A stretch of 64,000 nt of DNA from Octopus sinensis (GCF_006345805.1 NC_043019.1:32239360-32303359); one strand, 5' to 3'. Positions 1-12,646 are shown, numbered from the stretch's first letter. The notes: generated by a model not told the origin, from the sequence alone. Program-made: numbers and translations.

Positions 1-9
1 ATTCTGTAT

Positions 10-365
10 TCATCCCCAAGTCATATGCTCTTTGATTCGGCCCTTAGTCATACACCCTGCTTGATTCGATATTCAGCCCCTTGTCATACACTCTACCGGA
101 GTTAGCCCTTAATTATACATCCTATTTGATTTGGTCCCTCATGATATTTTGTACTCAATTCAATCCCTTATTAATATACTTTGCTTGTTTCATTCCCTAG
201 TCATGCATTGTATTTGATTGAGCTCTACATGATTTGGGCTCCTAGTTGTACACCCTACTTGAATTAGACCCTAATCATACACTGTTCTTGATTCAGCCCA
301 TAGAAATGCACTTTACTTGATTTGGCCCCTTGTCATACACCTCTACTTCAATTAACCCCTACACA
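10..365. repeat. Degenerate ~29-bp minisatellite
   Basis: Recurring ttgatt(c/t)ggccc(c)tagtcatacaccctac-like unit, about 12 diverged copies. Confidence 0.6.
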
Positions 366-993
366 TACAAGTATACTTCAGTTTCTTCAGTTCTGAGACA
401 CTACTTGGTTAGTGCCTAGCCAGATGCTCTACGTAACATATTACCCCACTGGACCAGACACTCTTATAAGTCAGACATTCTCCATGTTTCAAGAACCTTC
501 GTCTGACGAATCCCTGTTTCTGTCCATCAGACAAATTCACTTGGCTCCAAGTTCAAACACTCTACTTGCCTGCTCCTCCTCTTTTGTCCAAAATTCCACT
601 TGAGCCAACTTCTAATCACGGCATAACCAACCATCCACTAAGTAGTCGTCCCCCCCCCCCGCCATCGCCACTCCAAATTCCTGACAATGTCGCCCCTCTT
701 CTCGATCCTATTCTCCCTAGCACTTATATATTCCATCCAATTTCAAATCTCTGTTCGTGGTGTAAAATTTTTTAATTCAAACCAAAAAAATGAAAATGAA
801 AATGAAAATGAAATTTTAAAATCCGAGTAAATTCTTTGAAAAAAAAAAATTTAATTATCATAACTGAAATTACTTAATCATAATTTTTTTAAAAACTATT
901 TTAAAACTATTTTCTTTTGTTTCTTCTCTTCCCTACCTCTACTCCCATTTATTTATTTTTTTTCCAAAACCTTCCCCCCCTGTTCTAAAACAG

Positions 994-1029
994 ATATTTC
1001 ACAAACGCACTTCATGCCTACACCCTGAG
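994..1029 (+). CDS. eya: Candidate 36-nt Eya exon, phase 2-2: (x)[11 protein letters not shown](R)
   Basis: Long pyrimidine tract, then ctaaaacag|A, and donor GAG|gtttgt. It supplies the phase-2 AG needed to make AG|G TGT (R-C) at 15246. No homology evidence. Confidence 0.5.
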
Positions 1030-1257
1030 GTTTGTAACATCTTCTTGTTCTCCTGTTGTAGTTGCTTTTTGTTTTGTTCTTCTTTTTTTTTTTTGGCGGA
1101 GTTGAAGTGTTTTATTTTATTTATTTTTTTTTTGTTGATTATTTTTCCCTTTTGTTTTTATTTTATCTTATTTTATTCACCCCTGAATTTTTTGTTTTTT
1201 AAACAAACATACTTTGCAAGACTTTACTCACTCTCTCCTATAAAGTTCACTTTTCTT

Positions 1258-1276
1258 TTATATATATCTATATATA

Positions 1277-1321
<45 letters not shown>

Positions 1322-1342
1322 TATATATATGTATATATATAT

Positions 1343-1374
<32 letters not shown>

Positions 1375-1396
1375 CATACATACATATACATATATT

Positions 1397-1428
<32 letters not shown>

Positions 1429-1477
1429 TGTGATATATATATATGATATATATATATATATATATGTGTATATAGTG

Positions 1478-1511
<34 letters not shown>

Positions 1512-1539
1512 TATGTGTATATAGATATATATATATATG

Positions 1540-1570
<31 letters not shown>

Positions 1571-1670
1571 ACATACATACATATACATATATTTATATAT
1601 ATATATATATATATATACATACATACATATACATATATATATATATATATAATATATATATATATATTTT
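1258..1670. repeat. (TA)n-rich compound microsatellite
   Basis: Direct inspection. It produces the poly-IY ORFs in the track. Confidence 0.95.
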
Positions 1671-2161
1671 AAATATTTTATTAACCTTTGTATTGTGTGA
1701 TACCTAATTCTACTAAATTACAACAGCTGAAATTATTTATGAATTAAAAAAAAAAATACCCCCAAAACACCTACAGTTTTCATCTTTCATTTTACTGTTT
1801 TTTCCCCCCTCATCATTTTTGCGTTTGTATTATTTCTTTGTTACAGAATTAACAAGGATTTTTTTTTTTATTTTCTTTTGTGGTGGCAGGAGGCCATTTT
1901 TGTTCTTAACTTAGTGCTTTTGAAATTTTCTGAAATAATTTCAGTTTATTGTTATGAATAAAAATAACATGTATCAGACTTTTGTTTGCTGTTGTTGTTT
2001 AACCCCGGGATAGTCTTGATAGAACTGACAGACAGATAAAGAGAGGGAGAGAGAGACATGTATAATCAATCTTAAAATCAATCTCGTTACTATCCCTACT
2101 TTTGTTTTATTTCTAATCACTTTTGGTTTATCTGGAACAAAATTAATCCAATATGTTGTGC

Positions 2162-2254
2162 AGATTTTAAGATGATAAAGATGGTATTTGGGAGATTTTA
2201 AGACGATTAAGATGTGATTTGGGAGATTTTAAGACGATAAAGATGTGATTTGGG
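2162..2254. repeat. 31-bp direct tandem repeat, 3 copies
   Basis: agattttaaga(t/c)gat(a/t)aagatg..tttggg starts at 2162, 2193 and 2224. Confidence 0.9.
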
Positions 2255-2371
2255 GAAGATTTCTAACAGTTTGAGAAAATAGTAGTAGTGATAATAGTAA
2301 TAACAAGCACTCAAAGAGCATAAATCTCCACCAAGGCAACACCAACATCATCATCATCATCATCGTCGTCG

Positions 2372-2500
2372 TCGTTTAACGTCCGCTTTACATGCTAGCA
2401 TGGGTTGGACGATTTTGACTGAGGGCTGGCAAACCAAATGGCTGCACCAGGCCCCAATCTTGATCTGGCAGAGTTTCTACAGTTGGATGCCCTTCCTAAT
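2372..2500 (-). mobile_element. SINE family D 3' fragment with (GAT)n tail
   Basis: gtttaacgtccgctt..catgctagcatgggttggacg..ggatgcccttcctaa, shared with 5745-5995, 24595-24828, 41935-42390, 49485-49730 and 60770-61393. Confidence 0.8.
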
Positions 2501-2769
2501 ATTAAAAATGAACCTGACCACTCTCAAAAATTAAGTAAAAGGAAAGAAATGGAAAAATAATCCAGAATCCTTGTCCGGTACCAGATGGATCCCAAAATCT
2601 AATCAGATCGTGCCAGTCACAAGGCCAAACATGCCTGAAGGTTTCATCCGAATCCAACCAGTGGGTCTTGAGATATCTTGTCCACAGACAAACCAACAAA
2701 CGAGCACAACTGAAAACAATACCTTTGCTAAGGTGGGCATTCTATTTCAACCTCCTTCAGCCAGTAAGC

Positions 2770-2930
2770 CAAGATATGGACAAATGGCTGAAGGAAATTG
2801 AAATAGAATGCTCGGTAGAGCTCCTACAGAAAGTTTGCCTCTTAGGGACAGCAAGGATTATCAGGGGGGTTCTAAGCAATTGAAAGACACCTGTAAATGT
2901 GAGAATACCTAAGGTTACAGGTATTATACC
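2770..2930 (+). mobile_element. 3' end of a restriction-like-endonuclease non-LTR retrotransposon (R4/NeSL/Hero-type), decayed
   Basis: Translates to DMDKWLKEIEIECSVELLQKVCLLGTARIIRGVL*, matching the typical LQK..LLGTARI.R.VL C-terminus of RLE-clade ORFs. Confidence 0.7.
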
Positions 2931-3026
2931 TAAATAAATATTACAAGGTGAAAGACCAAAAAGGGCGACGTTTATATAATAATGATAATAAAGATGATGA
3001 TGATGATAACGTTTATCGTTTTATTG

Positions 3027-3316
3027 GCCCAGTGGTTAGGGCAGCGGACTCGCGGTCAGGTGATCTTGGTTTCGATTCCCAGACTGGGCGTTGTGTGTGT
3101 TTATTGAGCGAAAACACCTAAAAAACTCCACGAGGCTCCGGCAGGGGGTGGTGGCGATCCCTGTTGTACTCTTTCGCCCCAACTTTCTCCCACTCTTTCT
3201 TCCTGTTTCTTGAGTAACGCTGCAACGGACTGGCGTCCTGTCCAACTGGGGGGAACACATACACCACAGAAATCGGGAAACCGGGCCCATGAGCCTGGCT
3301 AGGCTTGAAAGGGGCG
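3027..3316 (+). mobile_element. tRNA-derived SINE family C (possibly octopus OR-type) with an 18-bp target-site duplication
   Basis: Head gcccagtggttagggcagcggactcgcggtc..tcgattccc. The TSD acgtttatcgttttattg is at 3009-3026 and 3317-3334. Confidence 0.85.
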
Positions 3317-3774
3317 ACGTTTATCGTTTTATTGTAAGGTCGGTATGAGAGTCCAGATACGGCCAGTTTAAACGCTAAAAAGGTTAATCTCTTTGATTGT
3401 AGGTCAGCTGAATCAGAGTTCGCTCATGACTAAACAACTAAATTCTTTGCTAACATCTTTGTTTTGCTTGTTGTTTGTTTGTTTGTTTGCCTTTATCTGA
3501 TTTCCATTCTTTGATATTCCTTTCTTGCTCTCAGAGAGAGAAACAATAATTCATTTCTATTTAATTAATTCAAATGGTTTTGTTTTTGATTTTGTTCGTT
3601 GTGTGAGTTTTTCTTGTGTTTGCTTTGATCTCACCTGATCTGCCTTCAAGTCTTTTTTCATTAAGATAACGATGACTTTAATTACACACTTGCCTCGATG
3701 TCATTTCATCACCTATGGTTGGTTACTCATTGCTTTTACATCTGTCTTTTCCATACTCTCATGGATAATGCAAG

Positions 3775-3814
<40 letters not shown>

Positions 3815-4061
3815 TGTGTGTGTGTGTGTGTTTACACATCAGATGAGAGTGTAAGCTCATCTGATAAAAAAAAAAATTCATCTGTAAATGAAACGTTTTC
3901 TCCAAAAAGAAAGTCCCATGCAGAGGGGCTAATTAAACCCTTGAAAGTTGTGTTCCAGTGTGGTTGCTATACAATGACTGAAATGAATAAAAGCTAAAAT
4001 ATATATTAAGATTCTGTTGTGTCTGGGGACAGTTATTCTCTTTTAGTGCCTTATAATTTAA

Positions 4062-4201
4062 CCCTTTAACATTCAGATTATTCTGTCAAATGTAACACTT
4101 TTTAATTCAAATTGTTTTTAATTAATCCTGCATTATTTTGATGATGTGATCGTATATTTTATAATATTTCGGCCAGATATGGCCGGTTTAATGCTAAAGG
4201 G
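4062..4201. mobile_element. piggyBac-like MITE
   Basis: TTAA on both sides and termini CCCTTTAACATT / AATGCTAAAGGG. Confidence 0.75.
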
Positions 4202-5496
4202 TTAACACACTCACCGGTAAAATTTCCACTCATTTACTAATTTATTTTTCTAAAATTTTCATTGCATCTCGCAGCCTTTTCAGTAGTTGTTGACTAGTCA
4301 TGCGTGGAAATTTTGCAGGTGAAGGTGTTAAATTATAAGGTACCAAAACAGAATGACTCTCCCAGACACATCATAATATGCTTCAACACACAAAGTCACA
4401 TAAAGAATCTTGGAAGCCAAATCCAGAAAAAAAATATATATCAAGAGTTTATACTTATTATTTGTGGATGTCAGTGAGTGAGGGTGATGGTGTGGGTGCA
4501 CCTACTTCTGATTTTGTATGTTGAGTTATATTTTTGTTTGTATTTTTAATTTTTTTTTTCTATTGCTCTCCCAAATGTCTTCTAATAATGAATCAACATT
4601 TTTTTTTTTTCCTCTCTTGACTAATTGGTCTAGTTTGCGTGTGTGAGTGTGTGCCTGCGCATGCGTTTGTGCATGGCATGCACGTGCTGTCGTGTTGTTT
4701 GATGTCAAGTAGCCACTTCAAACGACAGAAACGTGTGTGTGTGTGCGCACACGCGCGTCTGCATAGCTATTGCATTCATACGCATATATACAGATAAATT
4801 GATGTGTGCGTATATGCGCAAGTACATTAAGAGTGTTATGGGCTGTGTGAAGAGCTGAAAACCCAAATCCTGTAGTGCCGACCTCAGAACGTGGCACTTC
4901 AGTCCAGAGTTTCTCTTCGGGGGTGGGGTTGGGTCAGGGTTATCACTAGGCAATTGACTACAGCAGTAACAACAAGTAAAAGACCTGTGTTTGTTTTGTT
5001 TTTGATCTTTTTTTTGTGTGTGTGGGGGGGTGCTAGTTGATCAAATCGACCTCAGTACTTGACTGGTACTTTATTTTATTGACCCTGATAGGATGAAAGG
5101 CAAAATTGACCTCAGCAGGATTTGAACTCAAAACGTAAAAAAGAGTCGGCACAAAATACTGCAAGGCGTCTTAGTCTGACGCTCGAACAATTCAACCAAA
5201 TGATCTTAACGATGTAATAATCAAAGCTGTTTTTCTAAATTTTGGGGGGGTTTTTGGGGGTTTTTTTTTTGTGTGTTACCAATAGATTATTTAGCCATTA
5301 AGGGCAGCTTGCTACCCTTAAAGAAAGGGAAGAAATGTTGCCGTGCATTCCTCTCTCTTTCTCTCCAGGCCTTTTCTCACTGCTACTACCATGGCCTGAG
5401 CCAAGCCATGAGCAAATAACAACTCCTGTGTGGTTGCTCAATCTGCTTGAAACAACAGCCCAAATTTCTCTCGACTCATACAGGGGTTTGCTGAAC

Positions 5497-5667
5497 AGTT
5501 CCTGCATCTAAAGGTATCATGAAAGGCCTGGTTGAAGGCCCAACTGAAAGACCACTGCAATGAGAGTGAATCTGAGAGGGGAATTTGTTGGATAAAATCA
5601 TAATTAACTGATTCTCCTGTATTTTCTTTTACCCAAAGCCAGGACCTTTTCTGCATCCTCTCATATA
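5497..5667 (+). mobile_element. Mariner-derived MITE, partial copy
   Basis: Homologous to 6478-6710 (gtgaatctgagagggga..ttggataaaatcataattaactga). Confidence 0.65.
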
Positions 5668-5694
5668 GTTATACACACACACACACACACACAC

Positions 5695-5743
<49 letters not shown>

Positions 5744-5744
5744 G

Positions 5745-5995
5745 TCATCGTTTAACATCTGCTTTCCATGCCGGCATGGGTTGGACAGTTTGACTGAGTA
5801 CTGGTGAGCCAGAAGGCTGTATCAGGCTCCAGCCAGATATGGCAAGGTTTCTACAGTTGGATGCCCTTCCTAATGCCAACCACTCTGAGAGTGTAGTGGG
5901 TGCTTTTTATGTGCCACTGGCACGGGAGCCAGTCAGGCAGCACTGGCAATGACCCACGCTCGAATGGTGCTTTTTGCTTTTTACATGCCACTTCA
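5745..5995 (-). mobile_element. SINE family D fragment
   Basis: Same sequence as the other family D copies. Confidence 0.8.
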
Positions 5996-6013
5996 TATAT
6001 ATATATAAATATA

Positions 6014-6064
<51 letters not shown>

Positions 6065-6066
<2 letters not shown>

Positions 6067-6460
6067 CGCAGGAGTGGCTGTGTGGTAAGTAGCTTGTTTA
6101 CCAACCACATGGTTACGGGTTCTGTCCCACTGCGTGGCATCTTGGGCAAGTGTCTTCTACTATAGCCTCGGGCCGACCAAAGCCTTGTGAGTGGATTTGG
6201 TAGACGGAAACTGAAAGAAGCCTGTCGTATATATGTATATGTATGTGCGTTTATGTTTGTGTGTGTGTGTTTGTCCCCCTAGCATTGCTTGACAACCGAT
6301 GCTGGTGTGTTTATGTCCCCGTCACTTAGCAGTTTGGCAAAAGAGACCGATAGAATAAGTACTGAGCTTACAAAGAATAAGTCCCGGGGGTCGAGTTGCT
6401 CGATTAAAGGCGGTGCTCCAGCATGGCCGCAGTCAAAATAACTGAAACAAGTAAAAAGAG
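6065..6460 (+). mobile_element. SINE family A (tRNA head, CORE-like segment, internal microsatellite), full length
   Basis: ggcgcaggagtggctgtgtggtaagtagc...cttgggcaagtgtcttctac...ggcggtgctccagcatggccgcagtc..actgaaacaagtaaaa. Many copies in the window. Confidence 0.9.
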
Positions 6461-6477
6461 AAAGATATATATATATA

Positions 6478-6710
6478 TATGAGGAGGTGCTGTAAAGTTC
6501 CTAGCTTTAAGAAATTTGCAAAAGGCCTAGTTGGAGGCCCAACCGTCCCAGTCCTTTTACAGGGCTTAAAGAAACTGAAGGACCGCTGCAATAATAGTGT
6601 GAATCTGAGAGGGGAACACGTTGGATAAAATCATAATTAACTGATACCCCTGTAGGTTTTATGGGTTTTTTTTTTACCCAAAGCCAGTGGCTTTTCAGTA
6701 CCCCCTTGTA
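6478..6710 (+). mobile_element. Mariner-derived MITE
   Basis: ~30-bp imperfect TIRs (TAtgaggaggtgctgtaaagttcctagcttt / aaagccagtggcttttcagtacccccttgTA) and a residual transposase-like tail, CNNSVNLRGEHVG*. Confidence 0.7.
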
Positions 6711-6865
6711 CAATCAAGGACATAGATGGAATGGCCATGGCTAAACCCCATTTGACAAGTGGTTCGCTTGTTCAGTCAGGGCTCAGCCGGAGCAAACAGT
6801 GTCTGTTTCCCTTTGTCTCTGCTGTCCCTCCTTTTTTTTTTTTTTGCCTGTTGTAGTTGTTACTC

Positions 6866-7039
6866 CTTTACTTATTTCAGTCATTTGACTGCGGCCATGC
6901 TGGAGGACCACCTTTAGTCAAGCAAATCGACCCCGGGACTTATTCTTTTGTAAGCCCAGTACTTATTCTATCGGTCTCTTTTGCCGAACCGCTAAGTGAC
7001 GTAAACTCACCAGCATCGGGGACAAACACAGGCACACAA

Positions 7040-7070
<31 letters not shown>

Positions 7071-7347
7071 CATACATATATAACAGGCTTCTTTCAGTTT
7101 CCGTCTACCAAATCCACTCGGTTGTCAAGCATGCTAGGGGGACAAACACAGACACACAAACATACACATATATACATATATACGACGGGCTTCTTTCAGT
7201 TTCCGTCTACCAAATCCACTCACAAGGCATTGGTCGGCCCGGGGCTATAGCAGAAGACACTTGCCACGCAGATGCCACGCAGTAGGACTGAACCCGGAAC
7301 CATGTGGTTGGTTAGCAAGCTACTTACCACACAGCCACTCCTGCGCC
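6866..7347 (-). mobile_element. SINE family A with an internal ~105-bp tandem duplication
   Basis: Reverse complement of family A. The ggacaaacac..ctaccaaatccactc block occurs twice (about 7015-7118 and 7119-7220). Confidence 0.9.
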
Positions 7348-7961
7348 TATTATGTACAATGTTTGTAAAATGGACCTTGCTATTTAGACAGAGAGAGTGT
7401 ACATACGTATGTATGTATGTATGTATGCCAGGGATACCTCTATTGCCTTTCCCACTCATTCCCTTTAACATATTCCTACTTAAACTAACAAGCTTAAATC
7501 TTGTTATCAGTATGTGTGCGTGTCTGTATATATATATATGTATATATATATATATTATTTAAATGTTGTATTTTTATTTTAATACACACAGACACACACA
7601 CACTCGTATACAATGTTTGTTCTTTCAACATTTACAAGCTCAACTGCCTCTCCAGCCCCCCACATCTCCTCCATTTAACAGCAGCTGTTCAAATGTTATC
7701 TTTTCTTCCTTCCTTCCATCTCCATTCCCTCTCCAGAACCTCTGGATAAAAAAAAAAAAAAAAAAAAAAACCTGTTCTACTGCATCGTAAACGCTTTGAT
7801 TACATTAGTAAAGTAAGGTGTGTGTGTGTGTATGCGTATGTGTATGTGCATACATACATAGATACGCACATAAATGCATGCGTGTCGACGTGTGTTGTGT
7901 GTGTGTATGTGTAGATATATGTTTATAGATACAGAACAATATCAGTATATACATGTGTCTG

Positions 7962-8011
<50 letters not shown>

Positions 8012-8022
<11 letters not shown>

Positions 8023-9278
8023 AAATTAGTGTATTTACAAGATACCACCATGCTGAAAATAGCAGCCATAATCTGATTTTAAAACCACCTAAATTGTCCA
8101 TATATCAACATTATGTATGTATATAGAGAGAATTATATTTTATATTTAGAGAGAGAAAGGAAGATAGAACTATATAAAATTATAAATTAGTGTATTTACA
8201 AGATACCACCATGCTGAAAATAGCAGCCATAATCTGATTTTAAAACCACCTAAATTGTCCATATATCAACATTATGTATGTATATAGAGAGAATTATATT
8301 TTATATTTAGAGAGAGAAAGGAAGATAGAACTATATAAAATTATAAATTAGGGTATTTACAAGATACCACCATGCTGAAAATAGCAGCCATAATCTGATT
8401 TTAAAACCACCTAAATTGTCCATATATCAACATTATGTATGTATATAGAGAGAATTATATTTTATATTTAGAGAGAGAAAGGAAGATAGAACTATATAAA
8501 ATTATAAATTAGTGTATTTACAAGATACCACCATGCTGAAAATAGCAGCCATAATCTGATTTTAAAACCACATAAATTGTCCATATATCAACATTATATA
8601 TGTATATAGAGAGAATTATATTTTATATTTAGAGAGAGAAAGGAAGATAGAACTATATAAAATTATAAATTAGTGTATTTACAAGATACCACCATGCTGA
8701 AAATAGCAGCCATAATCTGACTTTAAAACCACCTAAATAGTCCATATATCAATATATATGTATGTATATAGAGAGAAAGGAAGATAGAACTATATAAAAT
8801 TATAAATTAGGGTATTTACAAGATACCACCATGCTGAAAATAGCAGCCATAATCTGATTTTAAAACCACCTAAATTGTCCATATATCAACATTATGTATG
8901 TATATAGAGAGAATTATATTTTATATTTAGAGAGAAAAAGGAAGATAGAACTATATAAAATTATAAATTAGGGTATTTACAAGATACCACCATGCTGAAA
9001 ATAGCAGCCACAATCTGATTTTAAAACCACCTAAATTGTCCATATATCAACATTATGTATGTATATAGAGAGAATTATATTTTATATTTAGAGAGAAAAA
9101 GGAAGATAGAACTATATAAAATTATAAATTAGGGTATTTACAAGATACCACCATGCTGAAAATAGCAGCCATAATCTGATTTTAAAACCACCTAAATTGT
9201 CCATATATCAACATTATATGTATATAGAGAGAATTATATTTTATATTTAGAGAGAGAAAGGAAGATAGAACTATATAA
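8012..9278. repeat. 161-bp tandem satellite, 8 units
   Basis: Unit starts at about 8012, 8171, 8332, 8493, 8654, 8791, 8952 and 9113. The period is 161, with one 137-bp and one 159-bp unit. Units are near identical. Confidence 0.95.
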
Positions 9279-10084
9279 TCATCATCATTCTACATCTGCT
9301 TTCTGTGCTGGCATGGGTTTGATTTCTTTGACTAAAATTCTATAAGGTGGTGCCACAGCGTGGCTGCTGATGAGTGATTGAAACAAGTCTAGATGAAAGG
9401 GCTCTGATCACAGCCTTTCCAAGTCTATTAAGACCACTGAGCTTTGTACCATCAATGATTCATTTAGAACTGTTGCAGGTCAACAGCTCCAGGGAAGACA
9501 TGAGCCAGATTTCAGAAAACCAGTGTTTTAGGAAGAGACGACTGTAGCATAATAATAATAATAATAATAATAATAACTAGCACTATGACCCAGCAATGCC
9601 AGGTCATTGTGCTAGTGCATGCATATACAGCTGCGTGCGTGCACGCATACACGCGAGTACTGTCCAAATCTCTGACCAATCACATACAGCTAGCTGGCAT
9701 TCAATTGGCGTATCAAGTTTCGGGCATTTTGATTGGGTTTTGGATAGAAAATTCACAGAAAAGTCACTTCTGTTGATTTCTTAATGGCTTTGCGGGGTGA
9801 CTGGGGAAATGTAAAGATGTGCACGACCACCCTTGGACGACTTTGAATGACCATAGAAAGTGCGAGCCCTCTAACTGTGGATTTGTATAAAGGACACGCA
9901 CACACACACACACACAGACATTTTCTGTTTATATATATAGAGATGATGATGATGATAATAATAACAACAACAACCACAACAATAATAATGGTTAATGCAG
10001 GGCTGAACAGGTTGAACACACCATAAGGGATGAACAGTGGATCTGTGGTGGCGTTTTGGTCTAGAGTTGTGATGTAGGGTTGTA

Positions 10085-10560
10085 ATGAGTTTGGACTTGG
10101 GTATCAAATGGGAACACTGTGTGACCAGCAACAAACTCCTGGAAAGAGCCAACAGTCAAAGCACCAGATCACTGATCATGAAACGCCATCTTCGATGGTC
10201 AAGACATGTGACAAAGATGAGCTCCCTTCAGGAAAAAGACTATGGGGTTGTCCTCTTTGACGATACAAGGACCAACTCAAAGCATCACTGAAAGCCACTG
10301 GAATAGAGCCTAAATCGTTTGAAACGCAAACCTGAGACTGTACCAAGCGGTAGTGTTCTATCAACATCAGAACCAAAAACTTCGAAGCCACCAGAAGAGA
10401 AAGGGAGAAATCATGCGACAGGAGAGAAAGGCTCAACAAAATCAACCTCATCTTCCACCAGCATTACCATGCAGTCAATGCCATCTTGACTTTTCTATGC
10501 AAAAATTGGTCTACAGAGTCATCGACGCCAACACCGTAAAGGAAGCGTTCAGCGAAGAAG
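10085..10560 (+). mobile_element. Decayed RTE-type LINE ORF2 3' end
   Basis: Frameshifted pieces KRHLRWSRHVTKM, ATGIEPKSFE, KNFEATRR..ER and CSQC..F..IGL.SH match the post-RT region and terminal C2H2 motif of RTE elements. Confidence 0.7.
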
Positions 10561-11038
10561 AAAATAAATTCTAGGGTATGAGATAAAACCGCCACTACTG
10601 ATGACAAGGGAAGAACAGACTATGACCCCCTACAGCAAGAAACCTATTCCTGTCCCCCATCATACATTTGTAGCCTCTTTATACCAAGCATAAAGCTACC
10701 TTCCTCTCTACTATGTTCCCACTGAATTACAGGCAAGTTTTTTAGTCCTTTGAGTGACATGGTAACCCCTCATGTGCTGGTGCCACAACAAAAAGTACCT
10801 AGTTCATCAGGTAATGTGGTTGGCGTAGAGAAAGACATCCAGCCATAGAGACCATGCCAGAACAGACTTTGGTCCTCACTGCAGTCCTTGATTCTTTTCA
10901 TGTCCTCATGCCATGCCAACATTGAAGACAGACATTAGGTATGATGATGACGATGGTGACACTAGAGGGTTATTCAAAAATCGCCATACCTAAGAACAAT
11001 TTATAAAAAACAGTTTTTTTTATTTAACTGTTTACACT

Positions 11039-11235
11039 TACTCTTTTACTCTCTAGCGTGTTTCAGTCATTTGACTGTGGCCATGCTGGAGCACCGCCTT
11101 TAGTCGAGCAAATCGACCCCAGGACTTATTCTTTGTAAGCCTAGTACTTATTCTATCGGTCTCTTTTGCTGAATCGCTAAGTTACGGGGACGTAAACGCA
11201 CCAGTATCAGTTGTCAACTGATGTTGGGGGGACAA

Positions 11236-11272
<37 letters not shown>

Positions 11273-11440
11273 AAGACGACAGGCTTCTTTCAGTTTCTGT
11301 CTACCAAATCCACTCACAAGGCTTTGGTTGGCCCGAGGCTATAGTAGAAAACAATTGTCCAAGGTGCCACGCAGTGGAACCGAACCCAGAACCATGTAGT
11401 TTGTAAGCAAGCTACTTACCACACAGCCACTCCTATGCCT
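11039..11440 (-). mobile_element. SINE family A
   Basis: Reverse complement of 6065-6460. Confidence 0.9.
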
Positions 11441-11479
11441 ATAAAAAAATGAATTTTTCCTATGTATGGTGACTTTTGA

Positions 11480-11656
11480 ATCACCCTACAGATATATATA
11501 TACATACACACATATACATACACCTGTGCATGCATATGTATATATGTATACAGGTGTGTGTGTGTATATATATATATATATAGAGAGAGAGAGATATCTA
11601 TATATATACATACACCTGTGCATGGATATGTATATATGTATACAGGTGTGTGTGTG

Positions 11657-11688
<32 letters not shown>

Positions 11689-12023
11689 TATCTATATATA
11701 TGCATACACCTGTGCATGCATATGTATATATGTATACGGGTGTGTGTGTGTGTATATATATATAGATAGAGAGAGAGAGAGAGAGATAGATATATATATA
11801 TATATATCTATCTATATATATATATACACACCTGCATACATATACATAGAGATTAAATAGTGATAATGATGACGACTGTGATACACGTGTGTATATGCAT
11901 GCGTATGAACGGTTTTATATATATGTATATATATATGTATGTATGTATATGTATGTATGTGTATGTATGTATATATATGTATGTATGTATATATATGTAT
12001 GTATGTATATATATGTATGTATG

Positions 12024-12054
<31 letters not shown>

Positions 12055-12105
12055 ATATATATGTATGTATATATGTGTATGTATATATATATGTATGTAT
12101 ATATG

Positions 12106-12148
<43 letters not shown>

Positions 12149-12369
12149 GCTCTACTCCTAGTGTGATTTATGCACCATCAGCATGTGCATACCGGGGGTG
12201 GGGGTGGGGGTGGGGGGGGGGGTGTCTGCATAAATCACTTGGCCGTTGTCTTGTCTTAATATATTTACTCTTGTCTCTGCTATTAATTATGTCAATTAAG
12301 TGTAGAAGACACATATATACATACATACACACACATCTGTGTGGGTGTATGCATATATATATATAAATA

Positions 12370-12400
<31 letters not shown>

Positions 12401-12646
12401 CATACACACACACACACACACCACACACATATATATATATATATGCATATATATATATACATACATATATATACATACACACATATATATACATATATAT
12501 ACCCACACACACACACATCTATATATATATTATATGTATGCATATATATATAATATACATATACATACGCACATATATATACATATAATATACACACACA
12601 CACACATCTATATATATATATATATATACACACACATACACACATC

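Noticed and set aside
500-535. CTGACGA with a 6-bp gtctga/tcagac stem
   Set aside because: There is no downstream GAAA or stem II.
687-830. Short ATG ORF resembling a signal peptide (MSPLFSILFSLALIY..)
   Set aside because: About 47 codons ending in (GAAAAT)n, with no compatible donor. The hydrophobicity is explained by T-rich composition.
1045-1672. Many IY/YI/VC-rich ORFs here and at 11466-13154, 35961-36320, 55612-56030 and 57683-57988
   Set aside because: These are dinucleotide microsatellites that lack stop codons by composition.
8012-9278. CRISPR-like regular repeat (also 60913-61227)
   Set aside because: The units are contiguous with no unique spacers, the context is eukaryotic, and there are no cas genes.
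9367-9390. CTGATGAgtgattGAAA hammerhead-like string
   Set aside because: There is no stem II or stem I, and it is a diverged SINE A tail (gactgaaacaagt).
12195-12222. G-quadruplex-like G tracts (also near 4918 and 51680)
   Set aside because: They are common simple repeats in this sequence, with nothing linking them to function.
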